A stretch of DNA of 64,000 nucleotides from Camelus ferus (taxonomy: Eukaryota), in the NCBI RefSeq assembly GCF_009834535.1, contig NC_045697.1, positions 41,170,001 to 41,234,000 of the forward strand, given 5' to 3'. Numbering within the stretch: position 1 is the stretch's first letter; every line of letters begins with the position of its first letter. The notes beneath the pieces were generated by a model. The model was given only the letters and a program-made list of their open reading frames with translations. It was not told where the DNA came from and ran no database searches. The position numbers were made by a program, and so were the translations under genes. Positions 12,261 through 27,237 of the stretch are shown piece by piece.

Positions 12261-14921
12261 CATAATTTTATGGCTCCCTCTCACTTAATGGGGGTCAAGG
12301 ATAATGATAAGAATTTGAATCTATATATTTTAACTCATATTTGCTGCTTTCATCAAATATATTAGTCTTTCTGTTCAAATCATTTATTACCAGAGCTACA
12401 AATAGGGAGCAAAAATGTTTATCGCTTTATCTATCCCAACACTATATCTGGTAGAAGACTGAAAATTTTGAAAGACAAAACAAAAACAAAACAAACAAAA
12501 AACTAAAGAAATCTAGGTGATTTAGGAATGAATAAATAGGTTCTTTTGAGTCAGGAGAAAAAGGTCACCTCATCAAGCAAACACGCACAGAAACCGTGGG
12601 AATTGCACCTAAACTGTACTTCAAAAGTTAACACAGAAAAAAACCTTAGAGATGCTCCTTGGGAAACAGCTTTGAACATCTTTTTTGGTCACTGAAAGAC
12701 ATGTTTGATAGCTCAAAATCCCAAAATTACTCATTCTGCTGTATCTGACTCATAATTTCCTGTTACTTTCCCCCCACCCGCTATGATACAAATCAATAGC
12801 GCTGTTTGGATCTATTTTTCCATTTCATTCTAGCTAAAGGGAATGGAAATTTTTATAAAGAAGCATGCAACATGTCTAAATACAGAACTATTTATAGCTC
12901 TCACAAATATGCGACCTAAAGAACAAACAGAACCTCCTGACTATGTACTAGCATGTTAAGGATACTTATCGGAAGCCTTTGTCCACATGCAGAAAACTCT
13001 GCACTTGAATAAGGAATTTAGACTTTAATGTGTTTTTCCTTGGGCAGGAAAGAGATGGGACAGTCTAAAAGAAGCAGAGTTTAGCATCTTACATTAAATG
13101 TAACAAATACAACCTCCTTCTCCTTGAAGTATTTTTCTTTCACCTATACCTTTATCTAATGCAGATGCCATGAATACCACGTCGTGTTTTTTTCCCTCTG
13201 AAAGTGTGAAATACAAGGTAGCTTAATACTAAAACACGACTTGATGAGCTAAGGTCCTTAATGTTACCTAAAATAGAACCCATAAACAGTCAAAACTAAG
13301 ATTCTGTCATAACTCTGACACTTTTCATATATTATCAAGAAAATTGAAATAAGACTCACAAAATGATTTAGTTTTGTTTGGAGGAATATGCTTTTAAATA
13401 ACTAGCAAACTGACTATAAAATCAATCAATTATAGCACATAATCCCAGAAACTGTTCCAGTTGTTCTCTCTACTCCTGCTTTTGGTTAAGCTAAAAGGGC
13501 ATCACAGTAACAATTTATGTTTTCTCCAAATTACACATGTAGAGAAGAGTGACTTCCTCGGTCCCACACAGAGCGTAGTGCAACTCAACATTTGTTTCTT
13601 AGTGCTGGTCATCCCCAGATAGTTTTAACTTCTTTAACAGAACCATGTTAATATCAATCACAGATCTGTCTTTGTCTCTTACCTTTTTGGCCAAAATTAC
13701 CAAAATGGGGTCATCACAATTATGATTACCGAATGGGGTCATAGTAATATAAAATGCTATTATGCAAATATAAGGTAATGAAATTTAGGTAAATGAATTC
13801 TTATTAGAGTGCTCCTCAAAGAAAAGTATCAGGGACTATATTAAAAGGAACAAGGGAGAAGAGAAAAGACATCAATTTAATAAAAATTCAAACATTAAGG
13901 AATAATTTTAGTGCAATGTATTTAATTACTTGGAGTCTAAACCCTGGATAAACTGTCTGCTTTAATCACATGGCTAGGGTTACCTGGTCTATTAATAGTT
14001 TACGGGTGTGAAACAGTGTCTGCCGGAATTAATTAGCTAAAGGGCAAGTTTTTGTTATTGTCCAGATGATTCTTTTGTATATAATGGCACTTGAATTGAA
14101 ATGAAGTGAGATATCAAATTTAAAAGGGAGTAAAGTCTGAAGCAACCTCTGGTTCTTTACTATCACATTACAAATTTCAAATTAATGCTTAACATTGACA
14201 ACGTGCTTTTGTTTATGTAAGGGACCTGTGCACACATGGAAAAGATACACATCAATATATTCACTGCTGATTTGACACTTTTCAGTTCAAACAAGTAAAT
14301 CAATCCATAGCTATAATACCACCATCCCAACCCTAGCCTAAGAATAATACCCAGCACCTTAAAAGAAAGCTGAGGATTTTAGTATGAAAATGAACTCTAG
14401 ACAGCCCAAACTGGGCTTTTAAAAAAAGTGCAAGATAACCTCTTTTAAGCCAGGAAAGATGTAGTGAAAAATTAACTTTTTACATAATAGGTTACTTAGT
14501 AGTAATCTACTAATTATTCATTCAACAAATAATACTCACTGAAAGCCTGCTTGTTGGACCCATTCAACCTTGCTCTGAGAAATCAAAGTTTACTATCTTC
14601 TCACAGATGTTTAATGCCATGCCTCCAGAACTTGCTTACTGTTAATAAGTTATTTTATATTCAGATTGACAATTTTAAAAACCAAGCACAAACTATAAAT
14701 AATCAGAGTCAGTTCTAAATTTAAAGGATCCCAATAACTCAAACCACTCCAAAAACCTTTTACATAATTGAATGGATTTGTAAGAATGTAAAGAGGAGGG
14801 AAAGGAAAAGAAAAATGTAGAAAATAAAGGGAAGAGGATAATTAAAAAAAAATTCTTGATTCTCACAAAGAAAACAAAACCTGTCACTGGAAATATATTA
14901 TCATCTTTTCATGTTGCATAC

Positions 14922-15015
14922 CTTGGTCTCTGTGACTGGCCTTGACCTGAGCTTTCATCTACCCCTGGGAGGCCGCTGTTGGACTCAAATCTCTTTGAAG
15001 CTTCGCTTTTTCTCA
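14922..15015 (-). CDS. PTPN13: PTPN13 exon 9 (94 nt): (V)RKSEASKRFESNSGLPGVDESSGQGQSQRP
   Basis: Acceptor caattag|TG; donor AAG|gtatgc; phase 1-2. Confidence 0.93.
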
Positions 15016-15416
15016 CTAATTGTGAATGAAAAAGGAATAGCACAAGTATAAAAATATGAAGTAATCTTATTTAAAACTCAAGCATTTAGCAGATACATAA
15101 GATAAGTTTTACAAATCATATTCATATAACCAAATTAATGACAGAATGTCATTAAACTCTTTAGAGGTAAGTCATAAGTCATGTTATTTTTGAAAACAAT
15201 GAATTATTCCCTCTATTATGAAAATGACTATACTGCTGTTTGATAAAACTGCTATTAAGCTCCTATAAAACTATTAAAATGGTTAACTGGCAACTTTTTA
15301 TAATTTTAAAATCTTATGTGGAATTATTCCTTTGACATCTTATATCTCAACACTACCAGAAGAGAAGAGCAATCACGGTTTCTTAAGACCATTTTGCTTG
15401 TCTGAGTGCCTCTCAC

Positions 15417-15512
15417 CTTGTCTGAAATCTGATTCAGAGGAAATAATAGATGGACTTTCACTGGAGGTACTGAAGATGTCACTGTGGTAAGCTTTGTACC
15501 TTCGAACTGGTT
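15417..15512 (-). CDS. PTPN13: PTPN13 exon 8 (96 nt): (E)PVRRYKAYHSDIFSTSSESPSIISSESDFRQ
   Basis: Acceptor ccttctag|AA; donor AAG|gtgaga; lies inside ORF 15373..15687. Confidence 0.95.
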
Positions 15513-15684
15513 CTAGAAGGATTAAAACAAAAACATTAGAAAACAAAGTCATTAGCTGTTCCACACAAATCAAATCAAATGTTATATTTATTCCCGTGAG
15601 ATGAGGACATTTTATATATTGCTTTAAATTTACTAATTGCTGGATGGTATTCAGAAATGTGACTACAATTTTGAAGTGGTTTGG

Positions 15685-15850
15685 CATACTGGTTAAGAGC
15701 TTAGACTCTGAAGCCAGATTGCCTGGGTTTGAATTTCAGCTCCGCTACCTGCTAGGTGCATGACTTTAGGAAGGTAACAATAGTGTGCATCTCATAGGCT
15801 TGTTCTGAGAATTAAATGAATTAACGTATGCAAAGCTCTTAGAACAGAGT
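15685..15850 (+). mobile_element. MIR
   Basis: tggttaagagcttagactctgaagccagattgcctgggtttgaat matches the MIR head. Confidence 0.8.
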
Positions 15851-17810
15851 GGTTGCTATAAAACATCATCCTTAACAAGCAGTTTTTGAATGCTTACTCT
15901 GTGTAATTCTGTTAGGTGCTATAATAGGGATGGAAAATCCAAAGACACAGTCCCAAGCTCAAATAATTTAAAATGCAAAAGTACAAAATACTTAAGCTGA
16001 ACACTTAGTTCCACCAGAATGAGATGAGCAAGCACTGGGAGTGGGGGGTGGGGGACTGTGTAGGGTTGGGCAGTGCGTGCTCTGCACGAGGGGGGCAGAA
16101 CGCCACTAAAGTCTAAATTCTACCTTCTCAACGTTTCTGACTCACCCCTTCTTAGTGCTCACGATCGCTATCACAGATGACTATTTACCTCACATCTGGA
16201 CTATTTCACGTGTCCCAGATTCCCCTTTCTGCAGTCTTGCTCATCTCAGTTCACATCACAGAGAGTAGACTTCCCAGAAATGAAAATCTGAGTATCATGC
16301 TGTATTTCTTAAACTAGAGTCTTCAAGATACAGTTTAGAATCTCCTTAGCTTAGTATTCAAAGCCTTTCACAAGCTGGTTCCTGACTGCATTTATAGCAA
16401 TGGCTCTCCATAGTGTGAAGTCATAGATTCTTACTTGTTAAAATCAGATGAAAAGTACAGAACTCTCTTCCCCACCCCCCCCAAACCACATGGATACACA
16501 AACGTTGAAACAGAACTTTAAAAACTCAATCCAAGTAGAACCTTTGTTCCATGACACCAACACCATCCACTTCTCCAGACCAATTCTGCACTCATGTAAC
16601 TGGATTTACAGATAACTAAAGGCATATTAACGTTTAGATTCTTTCCTGAGATACTCTCCCTGCTAGGAATGCTGTTCCTCCCTTTTCTTTAGAATATTTT
16701 TTCTTTTCCCTTTAAGAGAAGCCTTAAAGGAAAACAAACAAACAAACTTTCATGTCCACCAAAGCGTTCGTGATTACCTAAAGGCTGAGGAAGGCACTGC
16801 TTCTTTTATTTTCATATTGTCTATGCTTAACTAACTGTGAGTCTTCCACGGTCTAATAGTTCTCTCTCCACTTGTTTCCTCTACCTAAACGATAAACTCT
16901 GACAAAAAGGACTGTGTCTTTTTTATATGTACCTCGAGTATGTAGGCAAGTGTCTGATGCATAGCAAGCACAAAATATTTTCTGAATGAATATGAAATGA
17001 GTGAAAAGATGAATACAAGTGATGCACAAGGGTCACTGATGACCTTCATTGTTCAGACAGGTCACAGGCCAAATCAGACTAGATGGTAGGAAATAGAGAT
17101 AATGAGTAACAGTATTCTTTCAAGAAGTTTGAGGGTTTGAGAAAGGAAAAAGATTTTTTCTTAAAGTAGACTAAATGAGTTATCAGGGTCTTTTGGGCAG
17201 GGTGGAATGTCTGAGAATGATTTTAGGCAGTGGATAATAAGCCTGTAGACTGGAGGAGATTGCAAATGATAGTGGGGAAAACTGATAAAAAATGTGATGG
17301 AAGCAAGAGGAGATGGAAAAAACCCAACATACATGGGATGGTTAATTTGGCAAGGAGGAAGAAACTTTCTTAAGAGACAGAAGTGATGAACAAAGGAAAA
17401 AGTGAAAATACAGAGGGAATCCCAAGATACTCATATCAGAAAGTTGCTGTACTCCTGGTAATAAAAAGTAAATCACTTTCTTAGAAGAGTAAAGAAATTC
17501 TGCTGTGAAGAATACGAGAAGAGTCAGCAAAAAACACATGAAAGCTTTTATGTAACCATGAGAGTTTAGATTAGACTAGACTGTATGTATTTTACTAGAG
17601 CCAATCAGAATGGTTCTGTGGCTTTTTCTTGGCACTAGAGAAAGCAGACCATGGGAAATACCTAGACTGGAGGAGTGACATGGGATGTCTGGTGGCAGAC
17701 TGTCGAGGTATATAAGGGTTTCTTTTTCACTAGTTTCCAAACTTGAGGACAAAATGAATTATTCCCTTGTGCTAGAAGGCATTTAATAGAGAATGTTAAA
17801 AGAAAAAGAG

Positions 17811-17837
17811 ATGAATGAATGAATGAAATGAATGAAA
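17811..17837 (+). repeat. (GAAT)n-like simple repeat
   Basis: atgaatgaatgaatgaaatgaatgaaa. Confidence 0.7.
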
Positions 17838-19796
17838 TAGCTAAATAGCAACACAGAAAGCAGGCTTGTGGAACTAGGACAGAAATGATGGGCTGGAAAA
17901 ACTGGGAGGTCATGTTGAGATGAAGGACAGGAGTCACACTGGGAGAAGCACAAGGATAAATGACTGGCCATGGACTTGACAGAGAGGCAATTACATACCG
18001 TTCTTCTAACAGTGTTTACCTGGAGAAGTAGGCATAATACAGCAGACTCCTGTTTTGTCCAGCTTTGTATACAGTGAACATGAGTTATCACATAACACTA
18101 TGATTAATTAAAAGTTTTGGAACTGAAAATCCAAGTATTTACCAGCACTTAAAAAAAAAAAGATTCCATTCTACCACAGGGATGTCTCATGGTAAAATAA
18201 TTTTTAAAAACTCCCCTGGTTTAAGATGAATGTGATTTGAAAGGATTGTAGAAGACATCAAACAACAGTTTTATGTAGTACTATTTAAATTTAATGAACA
18301 CGGTTAAGTGGTTATGTAAGAACTGCTATTTTCTAGGGGCACCAAAGAACTTTTTGTTTTATTGTATCGAACCTTCATGCTAAAGTTTAGAGGGGTTTTC
18401 CCAAGGTAACTTCACCAAACGACAAACTTGGCATTGTAACGTACAGGACAGTAAAACCATCAAGGCCAAGGAGAAGACACAAACATATGGAGGTAATATG
18501 GTTCTACCTCCCGAAGAAAAGTTGGAAGTTGCAATAAACCTATTTAGTAGATACAGAACTTCAGTCACTTGGATGTTATGCCACGCAGTAACAATTTCAC
18601 ACCCCATGAAACTATTTCATAGCTATTTCTGCAAAGTGGCTGTAAGACAGTAAATACATTTTAACTTTAATTTCCACTCTTTGGTGGTGCTTTCTAACTG
18701 CTTATATATTATTTCACAAGTCCATATTCCCTGTCTTTTGCTTGCCTATATTTTGTTTCCTTTACTCTGACAACACTAGTAAACTTCTTTCAACCCTTGG
18801 GTCCCTTAAAACAAATTAATGTAACTTTGACAACCCCTCTTAAAAATATAACAATAAATCATCTTCCCTTGATGAACTACTGGTCTGTAAATGCTCTCAG
18901 TACCACACCTGGGGGGAGGGAGGACACTGCCTCGTGACGCTTTACCGTTTTAGAGTTAATAGGGCACAAGCACTTTGGAAAGTTGAACTGGATGACTAGT
19001 CTGGCAGGGCAGTTAGGGGGTAGGAAGACTGTTTTTTTCCTTCTAGACTGGGGTAGAGATGGGGTGTCTATGTTAATTCAAAGTGGTGGAACTCTTTTGT
19101 GAGCTTGTTTTCCAGAATGTATCTTTTAAAATGTTAGCTATGTTCCTTTCATGTGATGGCATGGCAGTATTACCAGATTAAAGTTCCCAGGCAATATCTA
19201 CTACTCAGACACGCTTATAAGAAGGTTATAATCGGATTAAAGTTCTCAGCCAAAATTTACTACTCAGTTGTGCTTACAAGCCCTTGTAAGCTTTCCATTT
19301 CTGAATTAAATAATACATGTAACAGTTTCAGGAATTATTATAAAAACACATGTCCTTTATCAAGAGCATCTGCATTGGTATACATGGAGAGGCACATTTT
19401 CCATGCTGACAGATCATTTCAGCAGAAATACTTCTTGACTTTCTGAGATGACCTATATAAAAGGCACTAACTAGATACAGTGACTTTCTCCCCCTGTTTT
19501 GGTCTGCAAAAGAAGGGTAATCCCTAATTTTTTACAAGGTGTCCTAACATTACTAACAGCTTTTTGTTTTGGAGCATCTAGGCAACAGAGATGTGTTTCA
19601 TTCTATGTTTATGTATAATACTAGCACTTTAGATTTGGTCCAGATCCCAGGAATGTGGTATTAACTGCGTGATTAAAAACACACACAACTTTTTATTACA
19701 CAAACTTCTAGATACAAAAACAGAGAGTACAGTAAGCCTTCATATATATCCATCTCTCAGCATCAACAAAACCTAATGATTGCTGTATTTTCTTCT

Positions 19797-19995
19797 TCTT
19801 TTTAATTGAAGTATAGTCACTTACAATGTGCCAATTTCTGGTGTACGCATAATGTCCCAGTCATGCATATATATATGTACACATATTCGCTTTCATATTC
19901 TTTTCATTAAAGGTTATTATAAGATATTGAATATAGTTCTCTGTGCTATGCAGAAGAAATTTGTTTTTCATCTATTTTTATATATAGTGATTAAC
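19797..19995 (-). mobile_element. 5'-truncated L1 3' UTR (same family as 10269)
   Basis: ttttaattgaagtatagtcacttacaatg...aagatattgaatatagttctctgtgctatgcagaagaa. Confidence 0.8.
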
Positions 19996-22149
19996 CTTTG
20001 CTGATTATTATTTTAATTAGAAAGTATTAAACTTTTTTTTAAACAAAGAGATGCTCCTAAGTATTTATAGAATATTACAAAGTTTTTTGAATGCCAAAAT
20101 TCTTGAATCATGTGCAATGGATCTGTTAAGAATACTCAAATACACATTTTACAAAATACACATGTGGCCACTTTCATTGCAATGTTAAAATTGTAATCGC
20201 AAAATTTTAAGCTGTCACATTACAACTGTAAAACTGAATTTATTTGCCTTTTGTGGGATAAAATTAGACTCAGTATCTAACTTGCTGCTTTGCAAATTTC
20301 TTTTCTCAGCTAGCAAATACTTAAATGAAACCTACGTTATATAAATCAGTGCACTAGAATTCATTCAGGATTACTCCTCATTTCACTGGATGATGTTCTT
20401 CTCTTTGACTTCCTGTAAGTACTTAGTTTTTAGATGTGGAAAATGAAGTTGTAGTTAAGAATCTTACTGTAGAAACACTAGTGAGTGCAAAAGAAAAAGT
20501 GGGAGAGTGAAATTAGCCTGGATACATGTCACCAGGAAAGCAGCACCAAACTGAATACATGTATATAAACATATAAAACACACAGGAATATAGTCTCTCT
20601 AAAAAGCATTTTGTGGAATAGTGGTGAGAGAATGAGAAGAATAGGGACTAAAGAAGAATGGTTTAAAGAATTCACATCTGGAGAGAAGTCTAGTCATAGA
20701 GACTCTGTAATCACACATGCTCTGACAATTAAATATAATCTTTTAATTTCTAGTATTATCTTACCATAATTAAGAGTATACTAATTTTTGGTTAGAATAC
20801 AAGGTATAAAAGTCTGACAAATATTTGATTACCCTTTAACTGTAATCTGATCCTCTAAACAAAATTCACTCCAATTCTACTAAGATATAAACTCCACTTA
20901 AATAGCCACATTAAAAAGCAGCTTTTCAATAGGCGCGGGCTTTGTCATAAATTCTTGACAATTTAGAGTCACAATTTCCACCAACACTTAACACATTTAA
21001 CACTTTGAACATGTAAATCTGTGGCACGAGATCATGGACACTGTATTTCTAATGTCTAGAGGATTATGAAGACCCGCATATTCCGCGCTTACATAAGGCT
21101 ATTTTGGATGAAACGTTCAAATCTACAATCTTCACATGAAAATGAATCTAAGCCAGCACAAACTGCAATCTAAAAACACCATTTACAAGTGACACATATT
21201 CAAGCTCAGACAAGTAACATGAAGAAACTGAGACTTAGGCAGTTACAACATCAGAAATTAAATCACCACTTTGAGCTTGGCATTTCTTTACCTTTAATAC
21301 ATGACCTAAATTACAGATAAGAGTTTCAAAGAGAAATGTGCTAAAATGACTTGTTTTGTAACTCAGAACTATAAAAAAAAAGTTTAAAACCCTGCATTTT
21401 TATGGTTACAGGGCCTAACAAAATACTTCAATCTTGAAATACAGCAGAGTATTTCAAGTAAAGTAGTAACATTATGTATTTGTGTGTGAAACATTTTTCT
21501 CTGTGCTTTCTTTTCAGGGGGTTATTTAATTTCTGGAGATGAGAGACTGTACCTTTTGTATGTTCACTAGAGACCAGTGAATTCTACATTACACCATGCT
21601 GCATGATACATGAATAGAATATATTCTAAAGTCCCTCGAAAGCTAGACACGATCAGTAAAATTTTTAACCAGGAAGAAGAGACCTCATGCAAGTATGAAT
21701 ATATATAAATAAGGAAGGATATATGGAGACATACTCTGTGAACTATAAATTACAGAATGTAAAATCTGTGCAGAGTAGGGATTGCAACAAGAGTGGACAG
21801 TCCCCTATTCCTTCCATGAGGGCCTTGTGTGACGCAGTGGCCACAGATCTGGGCCAGCTGTACCACTTCTAGCATCCTCCTTTACTGTTATGAAGTCAAC
21901 CATCCCTTCTACAACTTTCAAACGGTACAGAGTTCTAAAGGAAATCAACTGTATTTGCTGTTGGTTGGTCAGGCTGTGACTGATAAGTATGTGATTTTCT
22001 CTTAAAGTTGGGCCAAACAGAGCAGAAGGAGATGGGATTTTTGCCTCACTATATAGTACAATTTATCAGAGAATATTGTATTGCATACCTGAAATAGCAC
22101 CATTGACTATATTAAACGTTTAATATTAATAGCCATGTTGCAATATTCA

Positions 22150-22760
22150 GTTTATGTTATCAAACACTTACTAAGGATCTATTATGTCAGGAGTAGTGAT
22201 AGATGCTAAGGATATAGCCATGAATTAGACCAGGTCAAATTTCTGATGTCTATAGGAGAAACAAGCTCCTCAGAACGAACAATTGCAATGAAAAATACAG
22301 GCCATCATCCTGAAGTAGATGATGAGAGAAAGCTTCTTGAAGCAGGCAATGCCTGAAAGCTTTGGCAGTCTTAAGGCAGGAAGCTTCATGAGTAAAAGCA
22401 TATATAAATATAAAATGGACTGTAAGGAGGGAAGGGGAAGGGGTGGAGGACACATGGTGTTGGAGTGACATAAGAGATGGGAAATGCTAAAGGATGAAAC
22501 TGGAGAGATATGATAATGGAAAGCCTTAAATACCATAATCTGAGGAGACTGAATTTTATCCTGTTCAGCTGATGAAAAGTTATTAAATGGCTGAAGGCAG
22601 AGAAGAAATGTATTCAGATTTGCATGGTGAGAAATGGAGGACAAATTATGGCTGAGAGATCAATTTAGAAAGCTATTTCCACAGTCCATGGGCAACAGAA
22701 GGAATTGAGAGATTGGGATGGAATGAAGAAATATTTTGCAGGTTAAAGTTGCTAGGTCTT
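22150..22760 (-). mobile_element. L2 3' fragment
   Basis: caaacacttactaaggatctattatgtcagg...gatgctaaggatatagcc, followed by a purine-rich L2 body. Confidence 0.65.
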
Positions 22761-23219
22761 AAAACCTGTGATGATACTCATTACTAGTAAGATCCATTTT
22801 AAATCTTTCTTAAAACATTGACCCATGCTTTTCAGATGGTTCCTATGTCAAAGCCAAACTGGGTTCACATTAACTAGGTATGAGTTAGATTTAAATTAGG
22901 TCCTCAATTTCTGATCAAGCAAGCAGCCTATGATTCCTATGGACTTTAAAATCAACATTATGTTACTATGAATACAGACATTGGAAAGTTTGTTTTGGTT
23001 TCACCTTTAACTTTCCTTAATGTTTAAAAACACAACTTCATTTTTTCCACTTGGATAAATCAAAGGAAAGAAGCAAATGTCTATTCTCAGTTGTGTTTAA
23101 ACTAAAGAATAACTCACTGCATCTCTCTTCTCAAATGCTTCTCAAACCAATCTTTCCTTCTTTGAACATGGGTTATTTTATACTGGACGAACCTTACATG
23201 ACAATGCTCTGAAGCTGCA

Positions 23220-23378
23220 TTATGTGGCTATGTAAACTTAAATAAAATACTCAATTCCTTGGTTGCACTAGCTACAATGCAAGTGCTCAGTGTCACATGT
23301 GGCTTGTAACTACTGAGCTGGACTTGGTAGATATAGGACATTTCCTCCACTGAAGACGTTCTGTTGAACAATGCTGGT
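23220..23378. mobile_element. MER3-like hAT MITE
   Basis: cacatgtggc...gatataggacatttcc...gttctgttgaacaatgctg. Confidence 0.6.
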
Positions 23379-26300
23379 CTAACATATTAATCTCTTTAAA
23401 AAATTTCAGCCCTGGAAACACAGTAGGAACTTGATTCTTTCTGGCTAAGATGCTGAATCCGTCTATAATATTGGCTCTCCAGAGATACAAATTATATTTG
23501 CATCTTTGTAGTATAATCATTAATCATTAAAACACCGATCATCCACTGTGGATTGGGTGCCCCTGAGTTAATACAACTGTCACCCAGATTTGGGTTATGT
23601 GGCAATCACCATGTTAACACTTAAAATATATGTGATATTTGGCCAATATCACAAAAAATTCTTGTTTGTTCATGTTTACTTCTGTGGAACTAAGTGAAAT
23701 AGAAACTAATTATTAAAATTATTTATTTTAGTTCATGGAGCAATCCCAATAACAACTCAGTCTTTTTTTGGCGGGGTGGGGGGAGGTGGGGCTATTCACA
23801 AGGAAATAGGGTGAAGAAATAAAAACTGAGTAGTTCATCTTTACCAGTTTGGGATCTTAGAAAAGAGAGAAGTTTTGAAAAAAATTTCTCTCTCTCTATA
23901 ACAATGTCACTAGGAGTACCCTACATGATGAACTATAACATTTATGAATCCATCCTCTTGCTTTTCTGAAATGTATAAAAACTTATGCACTTTCAAATCC
24001 AATGGAATGAATCTGAACGGAAATGAAGCCTTAAGGTGCCTCAATAATGAGAACAGGATCACATACTTGAGGGTTTACATATTCTAGTTGCACAACAGAG
24101 AGTTTAAGCTGTATCCCCAGAGCAGTCACAGAACAGCCAAACTAGGCTGGACCAGGGGCCAGAGCACTGAAAGGAAGGAAACAATACTTAATTTAGACAG
24201 AAAGTAGATTGACTTTAAACCCCTTACATAAGTAATATTTAATCATAGTCACTTTTTTAGAATTTAGTTATATCTGTTCTTCATACTCTCCCTTCTAGTA
24301 TCACACAGAACGCAGAGGAGTTTGGACCATTGGAAGCAAAATGCTATTCACGGTCCCCACCCAGGGTGTGGAGTGCTGTTCATACTATACTCACAGTACC
24401 GGTTCCAAGTCACTCTCTCATCATCAGGAGTGTGCTGCCAACCCACAGAGCAAGGGATAGGGAGTGTGTGGTGATCACACCACAGACAACACGGCGACAG
24501 ATACTTTTATTAGAAAACAGACAATTTCTCAGATCTTGAGATAGAGTAGAGAGAGGTGGAAAAGAAAATCCTGGAAACAAGGAAAAAAGGAAAGGAGTAG
24601 AATAGGACAGTCCCATGCTGAAGTAGAAAGAGTAAAATGAAAAGAATAAAGCCAAAAAAAAAAAAAAGGAATGATATCAAATTTTGGAATTAGTTTCCAA
24701 GAGAGAAATCTGTTACGCTTCTTTCTGCCCCTTCTCTACTTCTTTATGAATGTAGAGAACTATTTGAAAGGTAAAGTACTAACTTAATAATCACAGTAGT
24801 AATTTTATATTTCTATTTCAATCACAGTTTCTTCTTTAGCTTCTTTTTTGTTTCTAACTTTATTTTTTCCCCAAAGAAATTAGAGCACTCAATAAAACCA
24901 CTGCTTTTTGACAGTTTACTCCCTTATCTCATGGGGCACATGATAACCATCTTACAGACCCCACCATAGTAAAGCCCCACCAAAACACTATCTAAAACAA
25001 AACCAGACAAAACCCCAGTGTCTGCCACAATAGAGCATGTAACACAATGGAACCACATCTTAACTGCTATCCAGTGTGGTTTACTGAAGAAAGAACCAAA
25101 AATGCCTCATTTCGAGCCTTTCTTTTATAATGATTCACTGTATTAAAATTATATAATTTTATTAGGAAGAGATGTAAGGAATGTGTTTAGGTGGTTAGCT
25201 GAATGTTCATCTTCCCAGGCAGTAAAATGTTTTCCCAATAATGTATCTGAAATGTGTCCGCTTGCTGCTTGAAATCGGAATGGCAGAGTGGAAAAAATCT
25301 TATTCTGGAGCTCCAGAGACCTGGATTCTATATTCACCTCTGTTATGAATTATGAATTATGTCTCTGCTTTGGCAAACTAATCTACTCTGGGTCTCTGAA
25401 AATGAGATGTTTGGTTTAAATAACATCTAAATTCCTTCCACTACCAAACTCCATGATTTTAAGGTCTGGACACCCCTGTGCTAGCTGGCTGGTTGATGTT
25501 GTCAGCTGAGGAGATGTGAGGGAGGTGATTTAGGTAAAAGCTCCTTTCAAGGGGATGGGGCCCAGGCTAAGGAAAGGGCTATACATCTGAGGTTCAAGGA
25601 GACAACAGTCTGTCCTATTAGTTCACGGAATCTCCTTCTGTGCCCAGAAGAACAAGCTGAAATTTATCAATTTCTTTTCTTCTGATTGCTATAGTAACAC
25701 AGTGAACACTGGAACACAACTTTTTTAAAAATTAGAAAGTAACATGTAGTGGGAAATCTTTAGACTGGAATGCTGAAATTTGTGACACAAATCCACAATC
25801 TCCCATAATGATGGAAACTTTATCATTAACTAGTTATGTGATCCAAGCACATGTACTCTAAGACCTCTTCTAATTCTAAAATTACTCATACCCAGTAGCA
25901 ACTTCCAATTGTAAAGACCACAAAAACTGTACAGAGCATTATGAAAATATTTTCAAGTACTTTAAAACAAGAATATTTAAAAAGAAAGATGTACAAGAAA
26001 ATGTGTACGTTAGTCATGTAAACTGTTCTGCTTGATTTGTCACACATAAAAGGGATCTATGGAGCCTACTTTTCCTAAGAATTAAATGAGATAAATGGGA
26101 TTTACATTATTTTTAATTCTTTTTTCTTCTTTGTATACTAGCTAAAATCTTCATATTAGCAATCTGCGCTTTATTTGCAGAGTTAACGTAAATTATCTTT
26201 CCTTTAGAGAAAGACAGTACAGCATAAAACCAGCAAGTCACTCAACCAAATAACAAGAACTATTGCTTTTGAATTCTAAACCTTAAACTTCCTTTCGAAC

Positions 26301-27127
26301 AATGCTTTTAGTCTAAAGCAAACATAATTTATAACTATTTGCAAATCACTATATAATAATGGAATTTATTTAAGGTAGTGTAAGTATTTCCATTATAAAC
26401 TAATATTTCCAAGGTGTTTTGTTTTATTTAACTTGGTTATAAAATATACCCTGGGGGAAAAATGGGTAGGTTCTTTGCGGTAGTAAATGCTTTTAAAAAC
26501 TCTTCCAAACTAATGAAAGATTTCAGGATAGAAATTGTCCTATATTACACAATTCAAAGCATATTTTATTTTATTTTAAAAAGATCTTTTCCTTTTCTTA
26601 TATCTTATAAGAAACCTAAAATTTCTAAAACTGGAAATTTGATTTTTAATAACAAGTTATCATTTTCAACAAATAAAAGTCTACAAAGATTATATATCAC
26701 CTTTGCAGATATATTTGCATATATGGAAACAAGTTGGTCTATTTGAGTTTCCTTAATACACTTACACACATGTGTGCACGTCTCCTGAGAAGATAAAAGA
26801 CTTCTATGCAAACCTGGACATAATTTGGCTTAATCCTAATTTCACAGGAAATCCCCCAAATCACCTATTCAAACAAAACATGTTAAACAGACTATTTGTT
26901 GCAGCATAATTTAACAAATTAAAAATATTTTCACTGAAGTTTTGATTTTTTAATATTTAACTCTCAAACGAAGGTTCAAGTGTATTAAAAATACTTTCCT
27001 CGGACTTCACTAATCCACATTACTATTAATTTACTAAACAGTAGGTCAAATAATCTTTTGTAACAGACACAAGAACATCAGAAATTATGATTTTCATATT
27101 CACATGTTCAGAAAATATATCACTCAG

Positions 27128-27201
27128 GGGAGGGTGTAGCTCAGTGGTAGAGGGCGTGCTTAGCATGCACAAGGTCCTGGGTTGAATCCCTAGTACCTCT
27201 A

Positions 27202-27237
<36 letters not shown>

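Noticed and set aside
22250..22644. 124-aa and 73-aa ORFs
   Set aside because: Lie within a degraded L2; no recognisable protein.
27128..27200. tRNA-Ala-like sequence (also at 61425-61500)
   Set aside because: Mutated B box or stems, followed by an A-rich linker, a shared tail and a TSD: a SINE head, not a tRNA gene.
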